Assembly (NCBI GenBank): GCA_963708135.1
Contig: OY970192.1
Coordinates: 1,216,001-1,280,000, forward strand
Reading direction: 5' to 3'
Origin: an uncultured Gemmatimonadales bacterium
Lineage (GTDB): Bacteria > Gemmatimonadota > Gemmatimonadetes > Longimicrobiales > RSA9
DNA: 64,000 nt
The notes under the pieces are model-generated. The model searched no databases, had not been told where the DNA came from, and was given only the letters and a program-made list of their open reading frames with translations. The translations under genes were made by a program, and so were the position numbers. The stretch's first letter is position 1; every line of letters starts with the position of its first letter. Shown here in pieces: positions 12,417 to 21,879 of the stretch.

Positions 12417-13418
12417 ATGCCGACCCGCCGCGCGTTCCTGCGCACCACCGCCATCGCGTCCGTCGGCGCCGCCGCCGGCCTGGCCGTCCACGAGCGGCGG
12501 CGCGAGCAGCCATGGCGCCCCTCGGCGTACCGCAAGCCGCGCCGCTCCGCCGTGGCCGTCCTCGCCGCGCCTCGCTACGACATGGACCTCGAGGCCGTCG
12601 TCCGCGACGGCTTCCGCCTGTGCGCGCTGGACGTGCGCGGCAAGCGCGTCGTCGTCAAGCCCAACCTGGTCGAGTTCGACCCCGGCGCCGCGATCAACAC
12701 GCACCCGGCCGTGATCGGCGCGATCGTCTCCGTGCTGCGCGAGGGAGGCGCGCGCGAGGTCATCGTGGCCGAGGGCGCGGGGCACCGCCGGGACCGCGAG
12801 TACCTGCTCGTCCGCTCCGGGCTGCACGAGGTTCTCGGCGACCTGGGCGTGCGCTTCATCGACCTGAACGCCGACCGCGCCCGCCCCGTCGCGCGCCGCT
12901 CGAGCTTCAGCGAGCTCGGCGCGCTCCACCTGCCCGCCACCGTGCTGGACGCGGACCTGCTTATCTCCGCCGCCAAGCTCAAGACCCACCACTGGGCGGG
13001 CGTGACGCTCTCGATGAAGAACCTGTTCGGCATCATGCCCGGCCACGTCTACGGCTGGCCCAAGAACGTGCTCCACCGTGCCGGCATCGAAGAGAGCATC
13101 CTCGACATCAACGCCGCGCTGCCCGTGCCCCGCTTCAACGTCATCGACGGCATCGTCGGCATGGAGGGCAACGGCCCGATCCAGGGCGACGCCGTGCCCA
13201 GCGGCGTGCTCCTCTTCGGCGCCGACCCCGTCGCCGTGGACGCCACCGCCGCCCGCCTCATGACCATCGATCCCGCCGCCGTGGGCCACCTCCGCCACGC
13301 GGCAGAATTCCTCGGCAACCTGGACCCCGCGGCCATCGAGCTCGTGGGGGAGGGCGTGGCGCCGCTGCGCCGTGATTTCCGGGTCCTGCCGCGCTTCTCA
13401 CGGCTGAAGTCGGGATGA
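12417..13418 (+). CDS. DUF362 domain protein with Tat signal
   Basis: TRRAFL twin-arginine leader; VVVKPN, KLKTH, TLSMKNLFG, IDGIVGMEGNGP, DPVAVD. Confidence 0.88.
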   Translation: MPTRRAFLRTTAIASVGAAAGLAVHERRREQPWRPSAYRKPRRSAVAVLAAPRYDMDLEAVVRDGFRLCALDVRGKRVVVKPNLVEFDPGAAINTHPAVIGAIVSVLREGGAREVIVAEGAGHRRDREYLLVRSGLHEVLGDLGVRFIDLNADRARPVARRSSFSELGALHLPATVLDADLLISAAKLKTHHWAGVTLSMKNLFGIMPGHVYGWPKNVLHRAGIEESILDINAALPVPRFNVIDGIVGMEGNGPIQGDAVPSGVLLFGADPVAVDATAARLMTIDPAAVGHLRHAAEFLGNLDPAAIELVGEGVAPLRRDFRVLPRFSRLKSG

Positions 13419-14485
13419 CTCTGCGGACGCAGGGCAGGGCGAGCCGTGCACGCGGGCTGGACGGCGCTGGGATTTCCCTGTCCTTGCGGTCCGGCTCGCC
13501 TGGAATGCACGGTGTGGCGCAGTCCACGGGGGATGGCGGAGCTCAGATTGCGGAGGTGCCCCTCGTTCCACCTGTTCTGGTGCTCCTTGCCAGCGCTCTT
13601 CTCCTGATCGCGGCCGGCCGTGGGCCGGATCCGAGAGTGGTGGTCGGATACGCGATCGTCTTCCTGTCCGTCTTCGGCCTCGTCTCGCTCGTGTACGTGC
13701 CCCGCCTCCTCCTGCGCCGGGGTGGCCGCGAGGCGGCCCGACGGCTTGCTCTGGCAAGCGCATCCATCGCCGCCCTGCTCCTTTTTCAATCCTGCTTTGC
13801 GGCCCTCAAGGCCCTGATCGGGTCCACTTATCCATTTCGTTGGGACCCTTTCCTTGCCACTGTAGACCGGGCTCTCCACGGCGGAAGAGCCCCCTGGCAG
13901 TGGCTCTCGCCGCTCGTCGCGGATCCACGGGTGACACGGGCCCTGGTGGTCTTCTACAACCCCGGTTGGTTGTTGCTCACGGCAACCATGATCACTGTCA
14001 CATCGTGGTATGGTAACGCCGTTTGGAGATTCCGTTTCATCGTCGCGTACCTCCTGATCTGGACCATGGGCGGGGCCGTTCTGGCGGCCACGGTGGCTTC
14101 CGCGGGCCCCATCTTCTACGGCCTCGTTGTTCCCGGGCGCGACCCGTTCGCACCATTCGTGTCGGAGCTGCTTTCGGCCTCTCCGCTGCTGAGCGGTCTC
14201 CGGACCGCCCTGTGGCAGGGCCATCTCGGGACCGGCGCGGCGTACGGCATCTCGGCATGGCCCTCGATACACGTGGCGACGAGCACCCTCTACGCCTGTG
14301 CCGGCTGGAGCTGGTCGCGGTTCTGGGGAGTGGTTCTGACCCTGGTCGCGGCCGGGATCGTATTCGGCTCGGTTGCTCTTGGCTGGCATTACGCTGTCGG
14401 GGCTTATGCCGGAGCGCTGCTGGGTATTGGCGCATGGCTGATCTCAAAGTATGTCGCCAGAATTCGTATTGTGTTCCCTCGATGA
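13415..14485 (+). CDS. PAP2/AUR1-like (PAP2_3) integral membrane phosphatase/phosphotransferase
   Basis: 'WD..L...DR.LHGG', 'SAGP.FY', 'ISAWPSIHV', 'LGWHY'; start uncertain (ATG 13506 possible). Confidence 0.8.
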   Translation: MTLRTQGRASRARGLDGAGISLSLRSGSPGMHGVAQSTGDGGAQIAEVPLVPPVLVLLASALLLIAAGRGPDPRVVVGYAIVFLSVFGLVSLVYVPRLLLRRGGREAARRLALASASIAALLLFQSCFAALKALIGSTYPFRWDPFLATVDRALHGGRAPWQWLSPLVADPRVTRALVVFYNPGWLLLTATMITVTSWYGNAVWRFRFIVAYLLIWTMGGAVLAATVASAGPIFYGLVVPGRDPFAPFVSELLSASPLLSGLRTALWQGHLGTGAAYGISAWPSIHVATSTLYACAGWSWSRFWGVVLTLVAAGIVFGSVALGWHYAVGAYAGALLGIGAWLISKYVARIRIVFPR

Positions 14486-15438
14486 ACTACCTCGCGCCGT
14501 CCATGCCAATCGAGCAGGGGCTTTCACCCGTGCCCCGCCGGGACCGGCCTTCCGCGTCATGGAGGCTGCTTGCGCTGGATTCGCTCCCCATCATGCTGGT
14601 CGTGCTGGCGTTCTGGGCCACGACGCTCGTATCCGAACTCCAACACCCGTGGCGCTCCAGCCTCGGATTCTATTGTCGATTCGTCGTCCTTGCAGTCCTC
14701 ATCGCGGTGCTGTTCAGGCTCGTACCGTACGCCTGGCTCGCGCGTCCCGGCGGGCCGAAGAGGCCTCGAGAAGCTCTCGATGAGCTGAGGGCGTTCCTCA
14801 CACCTGAAGGACTCGGTTATTCGGCGCTGATGGCCTGTGCGACGGTGTTGTTCTTCATGTCCTTCGGTGCCTGGAAACAGCATATTGCGGCTGCCGGCGA
14901 CCTGAGATGGGACCTGGCGCTCATGAAGCTGGATCGAGCGCTTCACGGTGGCGTAGAGCCGTGGAGATTGCTGGACCCTCTCATGCATTTTCCGATCTTG
15001 ATCCACGCCGTTGACCACGTCTACTGGTACTGGTATCCGATCACGGGCGTTGTCTTCTTCTGCCATGCCGCCCTTCGCGCCGGCCCCCGCCGGATGCAGT
15101 TCATGCTCTCGTACTTTGTTGCCTGGGTGCTCCTCGGCGTCGTGGTAGCAACCGCCCTGGGCTCCGGTGGGCCGTGCTACTTCCACCAGGTGGTGGGTGG
15201 TCCGGACCCATACGGCCCCCTGCTGCCTCATCTGGGTCGGGTCGGGGCTCGCGCGCGCGTGCTTCAGGCATCGCTCTGGCAGGCCTATGCGGCCAGACGG
15301 TCCGTTGCGTTCGATGGCATCGCGGCAATGCCGAGCATGCACGTGGGGGTTGCGGCGCTAATCGCGCTTTCCCTCTGGTCTCCAACCCGTTCGCCTGCGC
15401 GTGCGCCGGTCCTGGAGCCCGAACACCATGATCGGTGA
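14482..15438 (+). pseudogene. Second PAP2_3-like protein, C-terminally truncated
   Basis: 'WD..L..LDR.LHGG', 'SGGPCYF', 'IAAMPSMHV', but ends about 30 aa later without the last TM or the HYxxD motif in any frame. Confidence 0.6.
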
Positions 15439-17053
15439 GTCGAACCAGGTTCGGTCGCCCGTCGATGCGTCCGCGCGCGAGGTTGGCCGGCGCGCAGCGC
15501 CCGCTGCACGCATCTTCTGGCTTCTGCCCTCCTTTGGCGCCTACCTCTTCGTCGGCGCCCTGCTCGTCACCGTGGTGGTGGCGGGGCAGGGGATCTTCGC
15601 GCGCGACGGCGATGTCGGCCGCCACATCCGGCTCGGCCTCTACATGCTGCGGACCGGCGCCATCCCGCGCGTGGACCACTTCTCCCACACCATGGCCGGC
15701 CGGCCGTTCGTCCCGTACGAATGGCTGAGCGAGGTCGCCTACGCGCTCGCCTGGCGGGGCGCCGGGCTCGCCGGCGTCGCGCTGCTCGCCGCCCTGCTCT
15801 TCGCCCTGGCCACGTGGGTGCTCTACCGGACGACCCGCCGGCTCGGCGTGGCGGGGCCGCTCGCGCTCGTCTTCGGCGCGCTCGCCTTCCGCCTCGAGGC
15901 GCTCCACCTGCTGCCCCGGCCTCACCTCTTCACGACGCTCCTCGCGGCCGTCACGGCCGGCCTCCTGCTGGACTTCTCCCGCACCGGCGCGGCGCGGCGG
16001 CTCTGGCCGATCCCCGTGCTCATGCTCTTCTGGGTCAACCTCCACGGCGGCTTCCTGGTGGGCTTCATGCTGCTGGGGGTCTTCCTGCTGGATGAGGCCA
16101 TGGGGCTCATCTGGCGCTGGCGCGGGCACGAGGGGGAGGTCGGCCTCGCCCCGCAGCATGCCCTCCGCCTGCGCACGCTCCTCGCCGCGACCGGCGTCTC
16201 GCTCGCCGCCACCCTGGCGAACCCGGCCGGCTGGAGGATCTGGGCCCACACGCTCGGCTACCTGCGGATCGACTTCCTCGTCAACGCCACGCAGGAGTAC
16301 GCCTCGCCGGACTTCCACTCCGCCGCGATGCTCCCCTTCCTGGCGGCCGTGCTGCTCGGCCTCCTGCTCGCGCTCGGCGGCAGGGCACGGCCCCGCCGCG
16401 CCGACGCCATGCTGTTCCTCCTGTGGACCGCGGCCGCGCTCTACTCGGCGCGTAACATCCCGATCTTCGCCGTGGCGGCCGTGCCGGTCCTGGCGCTCTG
16501 GACGCAGCGCACCATCGAGGAGCTCGGGGAGGGAGGCGCCCCGGAGCCGTGGGGGAGCTGGCTGCACCGGTTCCGCGCCTGGATGGGCCGGATGTCGCGC
16601 ATCGATGCCGCCGCGGCCAGGTATCCGCTGTTCGTGCTGCTGGGCACCGGCGCCGCCGCCTGGTGGGCGCTCGGCCCGGGGCGGCCACTGCTCACCTTCC
16701 CCGCGGACCGCTTCCCGGTCGCGGCGCTCGAGAGCCTCGGGAACGAGGTGCCGCCCGGCCCGGTATTGAACGAGTTCATCTGGGGCGGCTATCTCTTGCT
16801 GGAGCGGCCTGATATTCCGGTCTTCATCGATGGCCAGACGGATTTTTATGGACCGCGGCTGACGGAACAGTATCTTCGCGCGGTCAACGGCGCGCCGGGC
16901 TGGCGGGACGTGTTGGATCAGTATGGCATCGGGTGGACCTTGACGGCCACGTCGGCTCCTCTTAATCAGTTGCTAGCAGGAGATCCGACTTGGATACGCG
17001 TCTACAGCGATAACATTGCTACTGTTTACCGACACATTCTGACCCCACAGTAA
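15428..17053 (+). CDS. Polytopic membrane protein, putative GT-C glycosyltransferase
   Basis: 'DGDVGRHIRLG', 'DHFSHT', 'YEWL', 'RPHLF', 'WVNLHGGF', 'WGGYL', 'VFIDG.TDFYG'; many TM helices plus a C-terminal soluble domain. Confidence 0.65.
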   Translation: MIGESNQVRSPVDASAREVGRRAAPAARIFWLLPSFGAYLFVGALLVTVVVAGQGIFARDGDVGRHIRLGLYMLRTGAIPRVDHFSHTMAGRPFVPYEWLSEVAYALAWRGAGLAGVALLAALLFALATWVLYRTTRRLGVAGPLALVFGALAFRLEALHLLPRPHLFTTLLAAVTAGLLLDFSRTGAARRLWPIPVLMLFWVNLHGGFLVGFMLLGVFLLDEAMGLIWRWRGHEGEVGLAPQHALRLRTLLAATGVSLAATLANPAGWRIWAHTLGYLRIDFLVNATQEYASPDFHSAAMLPFLAAVLLGLLLALGGRARPRRADAMLFLLWTAAALYSARNIPIFAVAAVPVLALWTQRTIEELGEGGAPEPWGSWLHRFRAWMGRMSRIDAAAARYPLFVLLGTGAAAWWALGPGRPLLTFPADRFPVAALESLGNEVPPGPVLNEFIWGGYLLLERPDIPVFIDGQTDFYGPRLTEQYLRAVNGAPGWRDVLDQYGIGWTLTATSAPLNQLLAGDPTWIRVYSDNIATVYRHILTPQ

Positions 17054-17064
17054 GATAAGGCCGA

Positions 17065-18297
17065 TTGAGCGATCAACCGACTCCGCACGTAAGAAAGCAT
17101 CCCGGGGGGATAATGGCTTGCCGATCGCCTGCTCGGAGGTGGTTGAATCCATTTCAGCGTTGGACGTCGCACGAATACACGAGCGGCCGGTTCCGGACGC
17201 GCGCGGACCTCTGGCGTTTCGGCCTGCGCTCGGCCCTCATTCTCCTCGGCATCGTCGGTCCCGCTCTGTTCGTGGTTGGGAACTGGAATCGACACGCCTG
17301 GGGCCGCGACACGGTCGAGGTATATCTTGCGGCTCAGCGTATCCGGCATGGTGCTCCGCTCTACGCCCCATGGATCGGCCACGGCCCCGATATCCTGTCG
17401 GACCGCTCGTATCCGGTGGAGCGAATGCCGTATCCGCCATTTTTGCCCGCGGCCCTCTCGTGGGCGTCACCGCTTGGTTTCTTCGGATTCACACGTCTGT
17501 TCTACCTGATCGGATTGTCTTGCCTGTTCTTGTATGGATTCTCCTTAGCCCGAATCGCTAGCCGAAGTCCAAGAGCCACGGACAGCTTCGTGTGGGTGGG
17601 CGCAGTGTTCCTTGTGCCGGGCGGGATGAGAGGGCTGGCGATCGCCAATCCCGAGCCTGTTCTGTGGGCGCTTTACGGAATGTCCCTGGCGTTTCCTCTC
17701 TGGCGCGGCTTTGGCTTCGCATCGGCGGCAAGTATCAAGATCTTTGGCGGCTGGCCTCTTCTCTTTGCCATTCGGCGCGAAGGCCGGCGCGTGCTGGCGT
17801 CGGCGGTCGCGGCAGTCGGGATAGCCTCAGCCATTGCCGTGTCCGTTCTCGGTTGGCGAGGCTTCCTGTCCTCGCTGATCGATTGGTTCCGGTTTGCGTT
17901 GCCGGGGGTGTCGCAAGGGTACTTCAGTCCTCAGAACATCTCTCTCAGCATGTTGGCGCTTCGCCTGGCCCGGGTAGCGGGTTGGACGTACGTGGCGGGG
18001 CCGTTGCCTCTTCTTCCACACGTCTGGTTGCTGGCCGCGGGAGTACTGGCTCCTTTGATTGCCGGCTTCGTGAGCCGCCGGCGCTCACCGGAAGTGCAAT
18101 ATGCATCTGTGCTTTGCGCCGCGCTGGCATTCTCGCCCGTCTGTTGGCTCATATATTTGCCTGCTGCTCTCATCCCCTGCGCATTGTGGATCCGGACGCG
18201 CGACCGGGCGCACGGGAGGGCGGGCACCGCGGAGCACGGTACAGCCGACAAGGCGGACCTCGTCCACGGTCGCCTCGAGCGTACGCCTGCGCGCTAG
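17065..18297 (+). CDS. GT87/DUF2029-like membrane glycosyltransferase
   Basis: 'D..VY.AA......G..LY', 'YPPF', 'SIKIF', 'NISL'; start uncertain. Confidence 0.7.
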   Translation: MSDQPTPHVRKHPGGIMACRSPARRWLNPFQRWTSHEYTSGRFRTRADLWRFGLRSALILLGIVGPALFVVGNWNRHAWGRDTVEVYLAAQRIRHGAPLYAPWIGHGPDILSDRSYPVERMPYPPFLPAALSWASPLGFFGFTRLFYLIGLSCLFLYGFSLARIASRSPRATDSFVWVGAVFLVPGGMRGLAIANPEPVLWALYGMSLAFPLWRGFGFASAASIKIFGGWPLLFAIRREGRRVLASAVAAVGIASAIAVSVLGWRGFLSSLIDWFRFALPGVSQGYFSPQNISLSMLALRLARVAGWTYVAGPLPLLPHVWLLAAGVLAPLIAGFVSRRRSPEVQYASVLCAALAFSPVCWLIYLPAALIPCALWIRTRDRAHGRAGTAEHGTADKADLVHGRLERTPAR

Positions 18298-19808
18298 CGG
18301 GGCTCGAGAGTCGGCTTCTCGCACAGCACCGCCCTGCCGCCGGCTGACCTTGCCACCTCGAACTCCGCCAGCTCCCGCGGGCATCCCGCTCCGATCACGA
18401 TGGAGTACTGCGCGCCACGGGCTGAGCGGGCCCACGCGTCCGGAGTCCGGAAACGCACCGGGAAGATCCGCGCGATCGCCTCGTAGTCGTCCAGCAGCGC
18501 CAGGTGCCGCTCGGTGGCCACGTAGGCCGCAACGTGGTCGAGCGGCAGGAACGGCAGTAGCGTGCCGGAAGGCTCGAAGCTCGTGCTCCGGCCGACGAGG
18601 GTCGAGCCCGGAGGGATGCGGCGGCCGAGTGCCGTGCCCTCCCGTGCGGCCTGGCTGATTTGCAGGTAGGCCGGGATCTGAACGCCGAGCAGCAGCAGTG
18701 CGACGGCGGCGCCCGCGAGTCCAGCGCGCGCCTCGAACGTCGGTGCGAGCGGCCGCGCCGCCAGCCACATGATGGCGAAGGGCGGCACGGTCAGGATCAG
18801 CCGCAGGATCAGGATGGAGCCGCCGGCGAGCCCGTCCGGGGCCACGAGCGCGGCGGCCGTCAGCACGAGCACGCCGACCCCGAGGCCGCGTGCGCCCGGC
18901 GTGGCGCCGTCCCGGGCGTGGCGCCGGAGGGCGCGGTAGACGAGCGCCCAAACGAGAAAGGCGAAGCCGGTGGCCAGGACCGCCGACGCCCAGCCGTACC
19001 CCCAGAGCGGCACCATGCAGAGCAGCTCCGCGACGCGGCCGATCGGCCCGAGCCTGGCCACCGGCCCGGCGGTGTGGGTCGGCTGGCCGGCCCACCAGAG
19101 GCCGAATGCGCCCAGGGCGGGCAGCCACGCCAGGACGAGCGGGCCGAGCCGCCGCAGGTCGCGCGCGGCGACGTCGCCCAGCACGGAGCCGGAGAGCACG
19201 GCGAGCGCGCAGGCGAAGGGGATCGGGTGCGCCCACAGCAGCAGCAGCGCCAGCAGGGCCAGGAGCGCGGCGCGCGGCCAGGTCGGCCGCTCGTGGATCC
19301 GGAACCAGTAGCCGACCACCACCAGGGCGAGCGCCGTGCCGATCGTGAAGGAGAAGAACCCCATGTGGAAGGCGAAGCTGCCCGCGAACGGCGCCGCCAG
19401 CGCCCCCAGCCGCGGCCGGCCGAACGCGCCGCAGGCGTAGACCGCCGCCAGCGGGATGCACGCCGCGGACAGCAACACGACCAGCTTCTCGGCGCCGAGC
19501 GGCGGCAGGATGGCCAGCAGGTGCTGGAGGAGGAAGTGCGCCATCCAGGCGGGCTCGAGCGCCGGCTGCACCACGAACCAGCGGCGGAACACGGCACCGG
19601 CGGGCGAGCCCCAGTCCGCCAGGATCAGGGCGTTGTAGAGGTGGGACGGGCCGTCCTTGGTCACGAACGGGGTGATGCTCGCGATCACCGCGGCGTACGC
19701 CGCCACGACCGCGAGCACGGGCCAGGCGGCCGCAGCGCCACGGGCCGGACTCGTCGCCTCCGGCGGCGGCGCGGGAGGGGCGCTGTCCGCGGAGTCGCCC
19801 GGCGTCAT
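18294..19808 (-). CDS. Polytopic membrane protein, putative GT-C-like
   Basis: 'DGPSHLYNA', 'EK.V', 'GFFSF', 'AHP'; ATGA overlap with the upstream gene; real start about 19808 (the 1104 aa ORF is over-extended). Confidence 0.6.
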   Translation of the reverse strand: MTPGDSADSAPPAPPPEATSPARGAAAAWPVLAVVAAYAAVIASITPFVTKDGPSHLYNALILADWGSPAGAVFRRWFVVQPALEPAWMAHFLLQHLLAILPPLGAEKLVVLLSAACIPLAAVYACGAFGRPRLGALAAPFAGSFAFHMGFFSFTIGTALALVVVGYWFRIHERPTWPRAALLALLALLLLWAHPIPFACALAVLSGSVLGDVAARDLRRLGPLVLAWLPALGAFGLWWAGQPTHTAGPVARLGPIGRVAELLCMVPLWGYGWASAVLATGFAFLVWALVYRALRRHARDGATPGARGLGVGVLVLTAAALVAPDGLAGGSILILRLILTVPPFAIMWLAARPLAPTFEARAGLAGAAVALLLLGVQIPAYLQISQAAREGTALGRRIPPGSTLVGRSTSFEPSGTLLPFLPLDHVAAYVATERHLALLDDYEAIARIFPVRFRTPDAWARSARGAQYSIVIGAGCPRELAEFEVARSAGGRAVLCEKPTLEPR

Positions 19809-21391
19809 CGGCCGGGAGGGCCGCTTCCGTCGCCGTCCGGACGCCGCAGCAGGACGGCCACCGAGTCGCTGTAGAGCGGACGCCAGCCGGCGTAGTGCTG
19901 GAGCGTCTCGGCCAGCGGGATCTTCGCGGGCAGCAGCGCCAGGTCGATGTCGCGCGCCCGGAGCTTCTTCTCCCAGCCGTCGGAGAGCCCCACGATCTGC
20001 ATGTACTCCTTTGCGATCTTCGGGCCGTAGAAGTCCGTCGCGCCGTCGATGAAGACCCGCTCCTCCGGCCACGCGTAGATCATGTAGCCGCCCCAGACCT
20101 GGTCGTGGAACGCCCGCCCCGTGATGTGGTGGGCGCGCGCGTAGGCGACGGCCGCCACCGGGAAGCGCTCCGGGCTCACCGAGTCGCGCACCAGCTGGAG
20201 CGGCCCCGCCCGCCCGGCCGTGGCCGCCAGCGCCGCCATCCCCAGCAGGAACGCCGTGCTCCAGACGCCCGGCCGCGCCAGCCGGTCGCCGTTGCGCAGC
20301 GTGCGCGCCAGCCGCTCGATCGACGGAACGGAGCGGTGCAGCGACGGCCAGGCGAGCAGCAGCGGGACGGCGACGAGGCCGAAGAAGGGGATGTCGCGCT
20401 GGTACATCGCCGCGCCCGAGGCCAGCAGCAGGAATACCGCCAGCGCGGCGAAGGGCGGCCGCTCCCGCTTCACGGCGAAGACCGCCGCGAAGAACAGGAC
20501 GCCGATCATGAAGGCCTGCCCCCAGTACAGGTGGAAGTTGGGGGAGAGGAATTCCTCCGTGTTGTCCATGAGGAAGGAGTCCCCGAGCGTCCTGAGCGCG
20601 TGCAGCACCAGGCTCGGGCCCTCGGGCGTCAGCAGCAGCCCCAGCGCCCCGCCGCCCAGAAGCAGCCAGATCCGCCCGGTCCGGCCGGGGAAGAGCGGCT
20701 CGCCGGCAAGCAGCCCCTCGAGCAGCTCCCCGGCCGCGATCGCGCCCAGCAGCGTGAAGCCGAGGAACGCGCCCGGGTGCAGGTTCACCCACACCGCGAA
20801 GAAGACGGTCCCCGTCAGGAACGGCCGCCGCAGCCGCGAATCCAGCAGCCAGAGCATCAGCGCGCAGCCGAGAAAGCTGAAGATGTGCGGCCGCGCCAGC
20901 CAGTGGACGTTCCCCAGCACGATCGCGTAGCCGATCCCCGCCACCGCCGTCCAGTGCCCGACGCCGCGCCCGAGCATCCACTTGAGCACGAGCGCGTAGG
21001 ACGCCGCGATCACGGCCGCGCTCGCGAGCGCCACCGCCGCGAGTCCGCCCACGTGGTGCAGCGCCCCGAACACGACCTCGCTCCCCCACTCGTAGGCCGT
21101 GAACGGCGCCCCGGGACGGGTGAACGAGAACGCATCGAAGCGCACGAGCGCTCCGTGCGCCAGCATCCACTCGCCCAGCCGGACGTGGCGCAGCATGTCG
21201 CCGTCGCTGAACATCAGGCGGTTGTAGTAGACCGTCGGCACCAGCGCGGCGATGATGATGAAGACGAGGTCGGCGATCTGCGGCACGACGACGGTCCGCG
21301 GCTCCGCGACCGCGCGCGCGGCCGCGGCCGCCGTGGCCGCAGACCGCCCGGTCCGCGGCAGGGCCGTCGCCTCGTTCATCGTCGTCGCCAT
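19805..21391 (-). CDS. Polytopic membrane protein, putative GT-C glycosyltransferase (paralog of 15428..17053)
   Basis: 'DGDMLRHVRLG', 'DAFSFT', 'YEWG', 'RPHIF', 'WVNLHPG', 'WGGYM', 'VFIDGATDFYG'; GAGG RBS before ATG 21391. Confidence 0.68.
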   Translation of the reverse strand: MATTMNEATALPRTGRSAATAAAAARAVAEPRTVVVPQIADLVFIIIAALVPTVYYNRLMFSDGDMLRHVRLGEWMLAHGALVRFDAFSFTRPGAPFTAYEWGSEVVFGALHHVGGLAAVALASAAVIAASYALVLKWMLGRGVGHWTAVAGIGYAIVLGNVHWLARPHIFSFLGCALMLWLLDSRLRRPFLTGTVFFAVWVNLHPGAFLGFTLLGAIAAGELLEGLLAGEPLFPGRTGRIWLLLGGGALGLLLTPEGPSLVLHALRTLGDSFLMDNTEEFLSPNFHLYWGQAFMIGVLFFAAVFAVKRERPPFAALAVFLLLASGAAMYQRDIPFFGLVAVPLLLAWPSLHRSVPSIERLARTLRNGDRLARPGVWSTAFLLGMAALAATAGRAGPLQLVRDSVSPERFPVAAVAYARAHHITGRAFHDQVWGGYMIYAWPEERVFIDGATDFYGPKIAKEYMQIVGLSDGWEKKLRARDIDLALLPAKIPLAETLQHYAGWRPLYSDSVAVLLRRPDGDGSGPPGR

Positions 21392-21667
21392 CGCGCGTCC
21401 TCTGAGGAGGGTGGGCAGGGCGGGAACCGCACGTACGCGCCGGTCCTCGCGTCGCGTCCCGCGGGTGCCACGTACGGCGGCCCCGCCTCTGCCCGTGGTA
21501 GGGCGCCGCGCCGGGGGAGCGGCAGGTCGGACTCCACGGGCCGTCGAGGCAAGCGCGGGACCAGCACCAGCGCCGCGCCGGCAGGTGCGCGGAAGATCTC
21601 TGCGGCACAACGAGTTCCGGGCATCACCCGGCCCTTGGGCACGCCCGGGCCGCGGCGCCGTTTGCAT

Positions 21668-21693
21668 CGTTTCGTTACAGCCCGCACGTAACG
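21668..21693. promoter_or_regulatory. Putative operator CGTTAC-N9-GTAACG (copy 1)
   Basis: CGTTACAGCCCGCACGTAACG at 21673-21693 in a divergent intergenic region; 18/21 identical to 33662-33682. Confidence 0.55.
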
Positions 21694-21879
21694 TTTTGGG
21701 GCGTAGCGCGACCCCGGTCCGCCGTGCCGCCTCCGTTTCTTGCCGCCGTCGAATTGGGATAAGGGCAGGTGTGGCAATCGTTTGGGAGCCGCACGGCGGT
21801 GCCGTCGGCGCGCGCCGCGGCCGGGCCGCCCTCTTGCACACCACGCCCCGCATCACCGCACCAGACGAGAGGCGGACAA

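Noticed and set aside
13415..18300. Mobile element or prophage explaining the compositional shift
   Set aside because: No transposase, integrase, terminal repeats, tRNA or phage genes seen.
18294..21608. 1104-aa ORF as a single fused protein
   Set aside because: The N-terminal 600 aa is an off-frame overlap of the 19805..21391 gene; the credible protein starts at ATG 19808.
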